Below are positions 9,886 through 18,845 of a stretch of 64,000 nucleotides of DNA, one piece after another. The translations under genes were made by a program, and so were the position numbers. The notes beneath the pieces are model-generated. The model did no database searches and was not told the origin of the DNA. It saw only the letters and a program-made list of their open reading frames with translations. Position 1 is the first letter of the stretch. Each line of letters starts with the position of its first letter. The stretch is from a virus: the IMG/VR virus record IMGVR_UViG_3300017971_000207, positions 1 through 64,000 of that record; one strand, 5' to 3'.

Positions 9886-9936
9886 CTAAGGGCCAACATG
9901 AGCTTGTAACGGGTCCCCAAACTTCGTCCTGGGCAT
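9886..9936 (-). pseudogene. Orphaned duplicate 5' end of tube-like gene (MPRTKFGDPLQAHVGP*)
   Basis: First 11 residues are identical to the N-terminus of 8282..8995, with synonymous changes; GAGGAG lies just upstream. Confidence 0.85.
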
Positions 9937-10017
9937 AGCTCCTCGACGTTCAAACGCGTAAGAGGCCACCAGCGCGAGGCGCAGGTAGCCTCACGACCGG
10001 ACACACATTGACCCCGC

Positions 10018-10044
10018 TAACGCTGCGACTACGCCGCAGCGTTA
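10018..10044 (-). terminator. Stem-loop over tail tube stop codon
   Basis: TAACGCTGCG-7 nt-CGCAGCGTTA, a perfect 10-bp stem; no clear U-tract. Confidence 0.35.
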
Positions 10045-10610
10045 CCCCGCACCGTCATACGCTCGACGGTTATGGTCATCTCAGCAACTGCGATGTCGCT
10101 GGAGGTTGCATCCAGGTCAGAGGAGGGCTTGCAGGAGGACGGAAAGCAATTCCACAGCTGGTATTGCTTCGCCCCTACCAAGGAGTCCACGTCAACCACC
10201 GTCGTCCCCACAGACGGTAGGTAATCACTGCGGTGGTAGTGGTTGATAGTCACATCCCCGCGGTAATTAGCCCCCACCGCCGCCTCGGAGCCCTCAACGC
10301 ATGAGAGGGCCCAATCCCACATAGCCGTATCCAGCCGAACCACGCCCCGGCTGAGAGTGCAATCACCCACCGTGGGGTTGCCGGGGAACTTCATCGGGTA
10401 GATGTACGTGCCCTCCTTATACTCGACGGCCTCGATCGAGATATCCGGAATAGAGCAGGCTGTGAAGCCCGCCTGCGGACGTGCCTGGGTCCCTGCAGGC
10501 TCCTCGGGACCGCTCCGCGTGCCGGGGACAAGTGGGTCCACCTGCTCTGAGTTGGCCACGGTCACGTGGAACCGCATATTGTGTAGGAAGTCTGATGATG
10601 CTGGTCGCAT
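10029..10610 (-). CDS. Major tail tube protein (T4 gp19-like)
   Basis: AGFTACSIPDISIEAVEYKEG...KFPG...TLSRGV...WDW...LWNCFPS...DLDATSSDIAVAEMTI. Confidence 0.9.
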   Translation of the reverse strand: MRPASSDFLHNMRFHVTVANSEQVDPLVPGTRSGPEEPAGTQARPQAGFTACSIPDISIEAVEYKEGTYIYPMKFPGNPTVGDCTLSRGVVRLDTAMWDWALSCVEGSEAAVGANYRGDVTINHYHRSDYLPSVGTTVVDVDSLVGAKQYQLWNCFPSSCKPSSDLDATSSDIAVAEMTITVERMTVRGNAAA

Positions 10611-10698
10611 GTGTTCTCTCCTATTTCCCGAGTCTACCTCAGAGGTAGAGTAAGCGGTAGTCTAACCGGCCTCTGCGACCCGCACCAGATCTAAGACC

Positions 10699-11310
10699 CT
10701 ACAGCTCGGGACGGATGGTAAGCACAAGCTCACCCCCCACTCCGTCGTCGGAGCGGCGCACGAAAAGGCCCTTCGTAGGCCCCGGTGTAGCAATTGCTGT
10801 AGCTATCTCCACATTAGGTGAGCGCCCGATAGCGGCCGCTGTGGTCGAAGCTAGTAGAGTACCAGCACCGCCTGGCTCATCCCTTACCTCGACCGATGCT
10901 GCTCCCACGGCCACCGCAATGTACGCCACCATGTCCAGAACCCGCATCTTAAACGGAAGGGCCCCCACCGGGTAAACCTCCACATCGTCAGGAGCACCCC
11001 CACCACCCGCAGCAAAAGCCTTGTAGATCACCGCAAGACCCGCCACAGGCACCGCCGGGTCCACCGGCGCAAGGTCTCCTGCCTCCACCGAGGCAGGAGG
11101 TGCCTGCAGGCCCGACCCCACCTCATCAGCATCATAGGCGACCGAGAGCGTCACCTTGCCCGCAGCCATTGCGGCCTGAAGCGACCGCATCGCAGACAGC
11201 TCGGAGGCCGCTCGCTCGATCTCCTTCGATTCACCAACCGCAATAGAGGTGTACAGGTCCCGAAGATACACGTCCTCCGTGGACACGTTCGTGATGTTCA
11301 ACGTCGCCAT
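10699..11310 (-). CDS. Virion structural/decoration protein
   Basis: Ala/Val/Gly beta-rich; N-terminal domain paralogous to 12306..12656. Confidence 0.55.
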   Translation of the reverse strand: MATLNITNVSTEDVYLRDLYTSIAVGESKEIERAASELSAMRSLQAAMAAGKVTLSVAYDADEVGSGLQAPPASVEAGDLAPVDPAVPVAGLAVIYKAFAAGGGGAPDDVEVYPVGALPFKMRVLDMVAYIAVAVGAASVEVRDEPGGAGTLLASTTAAAIGRSPNVEIATAIATPGPTKGLFVRRSDDGVGGELVLTIRPEL

Positions 11311-11385
11311 GTTTGTCCCGTCGTCCTTTCTACAACCCTCGTCCTATCATAAACCCTACCTCACTGTCGAGGTAGAGTACACCCA

Positions 11386-12264
11386 CTAGGACAGAGTATG
11401 CGAATGCGCTGTCTGCGTAGGCGTCATTGAATAGCGGTAAAAGAAGTCGTAGACATGCGCACCGTTAGGAGCCGTCGTGGGATTGATACTCTTAGCAGTA
11501 GTATCTACACCTGCGACTGTCTCATCCGCCGCATCTACCACGGTCTTTGCAACAGCAAATGATGCGGCGGCTAAGGGCACGGGCATACCTAACGCAGAGC
11601 CTACTCCCACACTAACCAGGTCGGCCCCAGTTGCACCAGCCAACCCAACAATGGTCGCCGATGTGATCGTCGCATAGGCATAGGTGGTATCCTTGGTAGC
11701 CGTTCCCCCAGTAAGGTCCACCGACTCATTGATGGCATCCCCACCAGCCCCCACTCCAACGATATCCAAAGTCCCTGCGGTTACGGAGGCATCTGCGTCA
11801 ACGATGTCCACCTGCAGCTTTCGAGGGTAGTCCGGCTGTCCCGCAAGTACCTGAGCCCCATCGGCCATTGCTACCTGCGCTACAATGCTCACCAGCTCAG
11901 CTGCTATAGGCGCATCAATGTGAGCCGGACTAGCCATCAACAACGGTTGGTTGACTGCCGTCTGGTTATCCACTGCGAGCGCATCAGAACCACCAGCCGC
12001 ATGCGTCGACTTGTGCAATCCGGGTGCAGGACCCTCAACAGTAAGGGTACCTACTGCATACTCGGGATCGCTAGTCCACTCATACACAAGCGTACCTGCA
12101 CGCTGGGCCTCCAACGCCGTGTAATCAGGCCCTGTGAGCCCTCTAAGCTCCGACGTCACGTCAACCCGAGTTGGCGGGGTAGTGCTCGCAGGAATTGTCC
12201 GAGCAGGATTACCAGCAGCAAGAACCACCGGCGCACCCGTTAAATTGTAAACATAAAGTGCCAT
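11386..12264 (-). CDS. Virion structural protein (fibre/decoration-like)
   Basis: Thr/Ala/Gly-rich; HKSTHAAGGSD fibre-type motif. Confidence 0.55.
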   Translation of the reverse strand: MALYVYNLTGAPVVLAAGNPARTIPASTTPPTRVDVTSELRGLTGPDYTALEAQRAGTLVYEWTSDPEYAVGTLTVEGPAPGLHKSTHAAGGSDALAVDNQTAVNQPLLMASPAHIDAPIAAELVSIVAQVAMADGAQVLAGQPDYPRKLQVDIVDADASVTAGTLDIVGVGAGGDAINESVDLTGGTATKDTTYAYATITSATIVGLAGATGADLVSVGVGSALGMPVPLAAASFAVAKTVVDAADETVAGVDTTAKSINPTTAPNGAHVYDFFYRYSMTPTQTAHSHTLS

Positions 12265-12305
12265 ATCGCCCCTTTGTTAGCTCTAGGTTAGAGTTAGACC
12301 CCAGC

Positions 12306-12656
12306 CTAAGTGATGACGCCTGCCGCGTCCCGCCAATTCGTGCCGTCAGTCCAGTTGAGGGCCTGGTCGTCAGTGTTCCAGATGGCCGAGTAGATCGGGA
12401 AGGCTGATGCAGCAGGGCGCCCTACGTTGCTATAGGCACCCACCACGTGCCCACCACCAAAGCCGCCATCGTCGCCCGTCTCCGTGGCAAAGGTCAAAGT
12501 GATGTCCCCTGCAATGATCTTCTTGTTTAGCTCCAGGTCTCCCCGAAGATCCTCTAACGTCCGCGAAGCCGTCACAGACTCCCCAGCATCCAGCTGCTTG
12601 TACAGCTGGCTGATGAAGGTCTGCGTGCTACCTGCGTTGGTGAAGGTTACTAGCAT
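12306..12656 (-). CDS. Virion structural protein
   Basis: C-terminal RPA...IWNTD...WTDGTNWRDAAG fibre/decoration motif. Confidence 0.55.
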   Translation of the reverse strand: MLVTFTNAGSTQTFISQLYKQLDAGESVTASRTLEDLRGDLELNKKIIAGDITLTFATETGDDGGFGGGHVVGAYSNVGRPAASAFPIYSAIWNTDDQALNWTDGTNWRDAAGVIT

Positions 12657-12785
12657 GTGTCACTCCAGCTTGTGTGTGATCGCACCCACACACGCGGGCG
12701 CGTAGTCCGGCACTAATCTACCTCATCTCCAGCCTAGCACACCAGCTTTTGATCCCCCAAGCCTCCTGTAACCGCCCGAAAGACC

Positions 12786-13112
12786 CTACTCAACGCGTAT
12801 CAGGCTGCTGAAGCTCGACGTATGGTGTGGCTTGGCAATAATGGTATCCAGCCGCTCCGGCCACTGCTGGTTAATCCGGCCGTTCGCCTTCAGGTGCTTG
12901 GCTATCTTGGCCGCCTCCTCGGGCGAGAAAGGCTCATAGCGCGTGATATCCGCGTACTTCCGGTTGATGCGCTTGACACTCACGGAGCGATCACCCACCA
13001 GCTTGCGGATATCCTTCCGGAGCTGCGCCACGTCTGCCTTCGTCGCCCAGCTCAGCGCCTCACCCAGCTCCCGCCGAATATCCTCAAGCAGCCTGTTTAG
13101 CTCTCTGTTCAT
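12786..13112 (-). CDS. Putative internal head protein with conserved leader
   Basis: MNRELNRLLEDIRRELGEA leader shared with its neighbour. Confidence 0.5.
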   Translation of the reverse strand: MNRELNRLLEDIRRELGEALSWATKADVAQLRKDIRKLVGDRSVSVKRINRKYADITRYEPFSPEEAAKIAKHLKANGRINQQWPERLDTIIAKPHHTSSFSSLIRVE

Positions 13113-13151
13113 CGCTTCCTCACGCAGCCTTCAACGACGCCACCAGTCATC

Positions 13152-13529
13152 TCACCTAACAATACTAAATCCTGCAGCGCGCGATCGCGAACGCCGCGCA
13201 ACAGGCGTGAACGGTTTCACATAGTCTCCTCCCCCCCGCGCAGCCCGCGCCCCCTCAAACTCTAGACTCTTCCCACCAAACCACTCCGCAACCGTCCGCG
13301 GATAACGCTTGATAAGGCTACGTATGCGCGCCACTGGTAGGGGACAGCGAGACGCTATCCGCTTGTACTCCATCGAGGACGGCGCCTGACCACCATAAGC
13401 GACACGGATGAGGCGCTTAACCTCGTCCTCAATCTCCTGAAGGTCCTCAACGTCCGCAATTAGAACCTTCTCCGCTTCGCTAAGCTCCGCCAGCACCTGC
13501 TCCAAGAGATGGTTGATCGCTCTGTTCAT
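13152..13529 (-). CDS. Putative internal head protein with conserved leader
   Basis: MNRAINHLLEQVLAELSEA leader shared with its neighbour. Confidence 0.5.
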   Translation of the reverse strand: MNRAINHLLEQVLAELSEAEKVLIADVEDLQEIEDEVKRLIRVAYGGQAPSSMEYKRIASRCPLPVARIRSLIKRYPRTVAEWFGGKSLEFEGARAARGGGDYVKPFTPVARRSRSRAAGFSIVR

Positions 13530-13538
13530 CTTCCTACC

Positions 13539-14723
13539 TCACGCAGCCTTTAACGACGCCAGCTTATCACGGAACGCCGTCACTCGCTCCGCCTGGCGAT
13601 GATCAGCATACCACGGCTCTACGAGCCCCATACCCACCATCTCGCCCGGCCCTAGCACCTCCAGCGGCAGCTCGGGGTACTGCATCGCCAGCAGCTCCAG
13701 CCGCTCCTTCGTCGGATCGTCCAGCCACCCGTGCACCTCAACGAGCTCTAGGAGCTCCCCCTCGGGGCCCAGCACGAAGAAGTCAGGCGTGTACTTGCGC
13801 CGGCGCCCGAGAGGGTAGCTGTGCTGCTCATATTCCCAATCCTTCCCCTCCTCATCGAGCTTCTTGGCGTACGCCACCTCCCAGCTGCTCTTAAACAGCC
13901 ACCGGCGCCCCTTGCGGTCCACATGCGGGGTCACCCGGTACTTGCTCCAGCCCGTGCGTATGCGCGCGCCCGCGCGCTTGAGGGCATCACCTATACAAGC
14001 TGTCGACACACCGTAGAGCTTAGCGAGCGCCCGATAGTCCTCACCTCCCTCGTACAGCTTCACGGCCTCAACTACCTGCGCCTCACTAAGCTTCAACCGC
14101 TTAGACTTACGCTTCAACCCAAGCTCCTTGACAGCCGCGGAGATGTCCCTCGTCGACACCCTCAACAGCTTGGCCATGGCCCGAGAGGTTAGGTCCTGCT
14201 CATACAGCTCGGCCACCTTTGCCTGGAGCTGCGCCTTAGTCAACCCACTGCGATTGCCCTTACCCCTAACCTTCTTACCTGCGCGACGCACAAGCCCAAG
14301 AATCGTGTCGTTATCCACCCCCAGGGAAGACGCGATCTCGTAGGAGCCCTCACCCTTCACATAACGCGCGACAGCTTCGCGCTCTTGCGTGGCCGACAGC
14401 CCCGTAGCCTTTCCAGGCTTGCGCACAACAACCCCCTCCCGCCGCAGGAGACTGTTCACCGCGGTCTTGGACACCCCATAGGCGTGCCCTATCTCCTCAG
14501 TACTGTCCCCTCCTCGGTACAGCTCCACAATCTCACACCGCTGCTGCTCCGTAAGCGCCAGCTGACGTCCAACCCGCAGAGTGACCCCAGAAACGCGAAG
14601 GAGCTTGGCGATGGTGGGGTAGCTGACCCCATATAGCTCGCCAAGCTCCTTGCCTGTCTTACCGCCCTCATACAGGCGGACAATGTCCGCCTGCTGCTCC
14701 GCCGTCCATTCCTTTTTGCTCAT
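13539..14723 (-). CDS. Free-standing PD-(D/E)XK-type endonuclease with five tandem HTH repeats
   Basis: Five approximately 52-aa L(T/S)..Q...IV.LY..G....IG..YGVS repeats; C-terminal FKSSWE...WEYE...YTPDF...VEVHG. Confidence 0.8.
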   Translation of the reverse strand: MSKKEWTAEQQADIVRLYEGGKTGKELGELYGVSYPTIAKLLRVSGVTLRVGRQLALTEQQRCEIVELYRGGDSTEEIGHAYGVSKTAVNSLLRREGVVVRKPGKATGLSATQEREAVARYVKGEGSYEIASSLGVDNDTILGLVRRAGKKVRGKGNRSGLTKAQLQAKVAELYEQDLTSRAMAKLLRVSTRDISAAVKELGLKRKSKRLKLSEAQVVEAVKLYEGGEDYRALAKLYGVSTACIGDALKRAGARIRTGWSKYRVTPHVDRKGRRWLFKSSWEVAYAKKLDEEGKDWEYEQHSYPLGRRRKYTPDFFVLGPEGELLELVEVHGWLDDPTKERLELLAMQYPELPLEVLGPGEMVGMGLVEPWYADHRQAERVTAFRDKLASLKAA

Positions 14724-14729
14724 ACTTGC

Positions 14730-14758
14730 AAGGTAGCAGGCTAACCACCACCTTGCAA
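14730..14758 (-). promoter_or_regulatory. Sigma70-like promoter (leaderless) within an inverted repeat
   Basis: TTGCAA-17 nt-TACCTT, 6 nt before ATG 14723; two CTTGCAAG palindromes. Confidence 0.55.
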
Positions 14759-14771
14759 GGTTTTGATACCA

Positions 14772-17700
14772 TCAGGCCGCGAGGGTTGCTTGCTGGAAGC
14801 GGAATCGGACGAATTCTGCTGGTCTGTTTGGCGCGGCGCCGACATCGATGATGACCTGACCCGCCTCGATGGTGGAGGTGGTGTTGTTGGTATCATCTAC
14901 GATGACGAAGTAGGCTTCTGACGGGCTATTGCCGTAGAAGAGGCCACCGGTGTAGAGGCCATTCATAAAGCCGTCGATCTGCGCCTTGATACGAGACCAC
15001 AGGCCGGCGCCGTTGTTCTCGAAGACGATCCACGCCGTCGCGTTGTAGATGCTCTTCTCCATGAACATGAACAGGCGTCGCGCGTGGACGTAGCGCCACT
15101 CAGACTCCTGCGCGATGGTCCGACAGCCCCAAACGGCGAGGCCGGTCTGAGTCGAGCTGATGAGCGGGTTGATCTTGTTTGGATAGACGTAATCGCGCTC
15201 GCCCTGGGTTGAGATGTACTCCAGGCCGGTCAGCCAGTTAAGTGCCCCGTCGACGGTACCGGCTGGAGCCTTACCGACGCTCTTGCTAGAGTCGGTGCGG
15301 GCGTAGATACCTGCCACGTGACCCAGAGGCGGCATCGTGAGCGTGCGGCCATCAGCGAGGGGGTCGGCGATCTTAATCCACGGCCAGTACAGCGCGGCCC
15401 ACTTCGAAAAGCGGCCGAGGTCGTACCTGAACCAGTCGACGGCCTCCTGCGGGTCAGAGCCTACGGGCACCGTGATAATGATGAAGCGGTCGCCCCCGGA
15501 GGGGAGGTAGGAGCGAGACGCGGCATAGTCCAGCAGGTCACCGGTCACGGTCACATCACCGGCAAAGTCGGGGATGATAACCTGGAGCAGCTCATCGACC
15601 TCGTCGAGAGCGTAGAGCCCCTGCTTGGTCGATTGCAGCAGCGGATTGGTGAACTGCGACCGCGAATAGGTGCTCGTGGTGAAGGTCCCGTCGCTTCCGG
15701 CGAGATAGTGGACCACGGGTGTGGCCGCCATGTCGGTGAAGCGCTTGTTGGCGTCCCCAAACAGCTCCTCGCGCTCCGTCTCCTCGGGCTCGGCGTAGTA
15801 GGTAATCTTGATCAAGGACCCACCAGCTAAGTTGGCAGATGTCTTGAAGTTAGCATAGCCTGTGGAGTAACTGATGGTATTGGGGTCGAGGTCCTCACCG
15901 CCAGCGGTCACAATGGTGGCATAGGCCGGGTCCACATCACCCGTCAGGTTGCCCGAGCCGTCATCTGTGATCTCCAAAGCTGCCTGGTCCGCTCCACCCG
16001 ACATCCCCGAGGTCGCCCACAGGACTATAGTCGCGATGACCGAGGTAATGGTTTGGTTGCCCGCCGACGTCTCCTGGTCATGATAGAGGTCAACCTGTCC
16101 TGCCGTCAAAGCACCAGCGTAGATAAGCAACGTCGCGCCCACACCATTGATGCCTGCTGCTATCGAGTCGCGAACATCGTCCGCTGTAGTGTCCGCGGAG
16201 ATATCGATCTCCACGTTTCCTGGAGACGGGGTGTGCGTACCCGTGACATCGAACTCAAAGGTGGTCGGAGAGTTGATCCCATCGTTCAGAGTAAAGGTGT
16301 CGCCATCCGCAAAGTTGGTCTGAACGTCCGTGGTGATCGTCCCGGTAGCTACTGCGCCTGCCGCAGTAGCAGTGATAGTGACAGCGCGCGCACCGAGATC
16401 ATACAAGGCAACATAGGTAGGCCGAAGCAGCGTCCCGCCAAAGGTGCCGTTGTCCGTGGTCGTCTCATCGTCGCCGCCGCCGAAGTTGTACTCGACCTGG
16501 AGGCCGTCAAGGGAGCCGGGATAGACGTCGTTGCCAGGAGTGTTGACTGAGATCAGGTCCGAGAGCTCATTGACCACATCGGGGAAGTACTCGGTGGAGG
16601 TACTGTCGGTGAAGTCCAGAGCCTCGTAGGACTCGGTAACCTCATAGGCCCCAACAGCGTCGTTGTACTGCAGGACCGAGAAGTCGTGCCGGCTGTAGGA
16701 CTGCGTCGAGACGGTGTAGTAGTCGGCGTTGCCACTAACCTGCACCTTCATCTCGTTGGCCCAGGCCCCGTTGGAGATGGGGTCTAGGTTCCACGCCTGA
16801 TAGTAATAGGTTGCCAAGATGGGCGCCCCATCGTGCGGGGTAGATGCTGCAGTCGTGGTGAAGGAGTAATCCCCATCATTGTAGTCGATGGTCCCCGCGC
16901 TCGCGATTGAGCCGATGACCACATCGTTGAGAGCCCCAGCGCCATCGTCGCTGATCTGCCACGTGGTCGTGGTGGGCGTAAAGTCCCCCGTGAGATTGGT
17001 ACCATCACCAGCAAGAACAATCCGCTCCGAGCCCGCAAAGAGAACCGAGCCGAAGCCTGTGGCAAAGTCAAACACGCAGACAGACCCAGCTGTGCTGGTC
17101 ACCGTGCCCACAGTGCCCGAGGTAGGAGCAGGCACCGTCAGAGTGGACGGTGTAGACCCATCCGGATCAAAGTTGAGCACGAAGTCCGCGGACGGATCGA
17201 CCACGAACTGCTCCATATCCCCTTCGGTCAGAGCAGGCAGCGAGGCGGGGTTAACCCTAAATTCATACGCCTGAACGGGAGTGGTCCCATCCTGCGTGAC
17301 ATCGCCCGAGTCGTCCCGGTTGCGCAGATTCTCAGTGGTAACAGCCGTACCAGCCGCACGCCACCGGATATTGATGCCCACGTTGGTCCCTGTCGGGCCG
17401 TTGTAGGCAATGATGGTGGTGTTCAGCGCAGCGCCTCCGGCGGGCGTGAAAACTCCCGTGGACGAGACATAGGAGAACGTGGTCGAGCTGCCATCACCCT
17501 CATTCATCCAGCCGTTGTAGACCTTGCTCATAATGTCGGCGTCTGCCTCGACACTGTCCGAGGGGACGACGCGGACCACGAAGCAGCGCTTGCCGCCGTT
17601 GGCGAAGAAGGCCAAGACGGAGTGGCCGGTGAAGGTGTTAGCGTTCAGCTCGCCAAACTTGGAGTAGAACTGATCGACGCTGGTTACTAGGGTGGCCTCA

Positions 17701-17822
17701 TCAGTCGGACCCTTGGGGGTAAAGCCGACGATAGCCATGTTTGATGTTGAGACCGCCTGCACCACCTGGGTAGCTGACGGAACCTCCTCGATGAAGACTC
17801 CTGGACTTAGATACTCAGCCAT
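14772..17822 (-). CDS. Contractile tail sheath protein
   Basis: MAEYLSPGVFIEEV start; YWPW, PPLGHVAGIYARTD, KAPAG, WRYVHARRLF and APNRPAEFVRFRF motifs. Confidence 0.97.
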   Translation of the reverse strand: MAEYLSPGVFIEEVPSATQVVQAVSTSNMAIVGFTPKGPTDEATLVTSVDQFYSKFGELNANTFTGHSVLAFFANGGKRCFVVRVVPSDSVEADADIMSKVYNGWMNEGDGSSTTFSYVSSTGVFTPAGGAALNTTIIAYNGPTGTNVGINIRWRAAGTAVTTENLRNRDDSGDVTQDGTTPVQAYEFRVNPASLPALTEGDMEQFVVDPSADFVLNFDPDGSTPSTLTVPAPTSGTVGTVTSTAGSVCVFDFATGFGSVLFAGSERIVLAGDGTNLTGDFTPTTTTWQISDDGAGALNDVVIGSIASAGTIDYNDGDYSFTTTAASTPHDGAPILATYYYQAWNLDPISNGAWANEMKVQVSGNADYYTVSTQSYSRHDFSVLQYNDAVGAYEVTESYEALDFTDSTSTEYFPDVVNELSDLISVNTPGNDVYPGSLDGLQVEYNFGGGDDETTTDNGTFGGTLLRPTYVALYDLGARAVTITATAAGAVATGTITTDVQTNFADGDTFTLNDGINSPTTFEFDVTGTHTPSPGNVEIDISADTTADDVRDSIAAGINGVGATLLIYAGALTAGQVDLYHDQETSAGNQTITSVIATIVLWATSGMSGGADQAALEITDDGSGNLTGDVDPAYATIVTAGGEDLDPNTISYSTGYANFKTSANLAGGSLIKITYYAEPEETEREELFGDANKRFTDMAATPVVHYLAGSDGTFTTSTYSRSQFTNPLLQSTKQGLYALDEVDELLQVIIPDFAGDVTVTGDLLDYAASRSYLPSGGDRFIIITVPVGSDPQEAVDWFRYDLGRFSKWAALYWPWIKIADPLADGRTLTMPPLGHVAGIYARTDSSKSVGKAPAGTVDGALNWLTGLEYISTQGERDYVYPNKINPLISSTQTGLAVWGCRTIAQESEWRYVHARRLFMFMEKSIYNATAWIVFENNGAGLWSRIKAQIDGFMNGLYTGGLFYGNSPSEAYFVIVDDTNNTTSTIEAGQVIIDVGAAPNRPAEFVRFRFQQATLAA

Positions 17823-18372
17823 TACTCACCTCCTCCAGCACCGCACGACCGGAGTCAAACTTCTTCACGTTACTCAACTTCGAGCACTGCTCACGCAGGT
17901 GCTCCACCTTGTCCGGGAAAAGCCTCAACCACCCTTTACGACCCAACAGCTCATCAGTCGCAAAGACCAGGATGGCGCGCCAAATCTCAAAATCCTCTAC
18001 CTTCTTGCTCTGTAGAGGGAACCTCTCGAAGTGGGGCACGACCGAAGCCACAAGCTCCCTTGGGTCTCGCACCTGAAAAAGGAACTGCGGGTTGACCTGC
18101 TTCCTCTTCCTATTGGAGGGGTACTTAGCAGTGTCTCGATAGGTTATCCGACCGCACCCAAAGTACTCCTTCAACTTTAAGAGAACCTCTGCGTCATCCG
18201 CTCGCAGCGCTACCGCGTAGCGGATGTCCAGCTCCACACAATCGACCAGGGAACCCTTCTTGGTGCGCTTGGGTCTGAAGTTCAGGCCCGCATAGAAAGT
18301 GGCCTCCCCATCGGAAAGACCCGTCACCCACCACCCATATATGGGCGGTGACCGCTCGGCTTTGTCTGCCAT
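17815..18372 (-). CDS. Free-standing single-motif LAGLIDADG homing endonuclease
   Basis: WWVTGLSDGEATF; LKEYFGCGRI; VPHFERFPLQSKKVEDFEIW. Confidence 0.9.
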   Translation of the reverse strand: MADKAERSPPIYGWWVTGLSDGEATFYAGLNFRPKRTKKGSLVDCVELDIRYAVALRADDAEVLLKLKEYFGCGRITYRDTAKYPSNRKRKQVNPQFLFQVRDPRELVASVVPHFERFPLQSKKVEDFEIWRAILVFATDELLGRKGWLRLFPDKVEHLREQCSKLSNVKKFDSGRAVLEEVSNG

Positions 18373-18403
18373 GGTGTGTTACCTCCTACAGGTCGCGGCG
18401 CTG

Positions 18404-18823
18404 TTAGGTCGATTTACGCCTGCGACGGCTCTTTGTCTTTGTGGACGTGCCCGCTGTGGAAGGCTTCGGCTCAGGAGCTGCGGGTGCTGGCTCCGGGGCC
18501 TCATCCTTGGCGATCGCCATGGTCTTCGCCTCTTCTACCGTAAGCGCTGGAGGCGCTCCGGAAACCTCTTTTTTGGGTCGCGCTGGCGCCTTCTTGGGCG
18601 CAGGCGCCTTTTTAGGAGCCGGCTTAGGCTCCGGCAACGGTGCTTTAGGGACAGGCTCAGGCTGTCGGTATAGCTGCCCCTTCCGGACGGCCCGGACCAC
18701 ACTCGCACAGGTCTGCTGCTTGCCCGTCAGCTCGACCCACGAGTTGCCCGGCACCGAGACCGAAACCCCTCCCGGCAAGGTTAGAGGGAGATTGCCCCGT
18801 CCGCGGTTGTAATACTTGGCCAT
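18404..18823 (-). CDS. Small virion-associated protein with Pro/Lys/Ala-rich tail
   Basis: Good SD; typical position before the sheath gene. Confidence 0.55.
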   Translation of the reverse strand: MAKYYNRGRGNLPLTLPGGVSVSVPGNSWVELTGKQQTCASVVRAVRKGQLYRQPEPVPKAPLPEPKPAPKKAPAPKKAPARPKKEVSGAPPALTVEEAKTMAIAKDEAPEPAPAAPEPKPSTAGTSTKTKSRRRRKST

Positions 18824-18845
18824 GTGTGCTCTCTCCGCTGTAAGG

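Noticed and set aside
8988-9936. Group I intron explanation for the nuclease insertions
   Set aside because: There is too little non-coding sequence for a ribozyme core, and the downstream genes have complete starts of their own. Not formally excluded without an Infernal scan.
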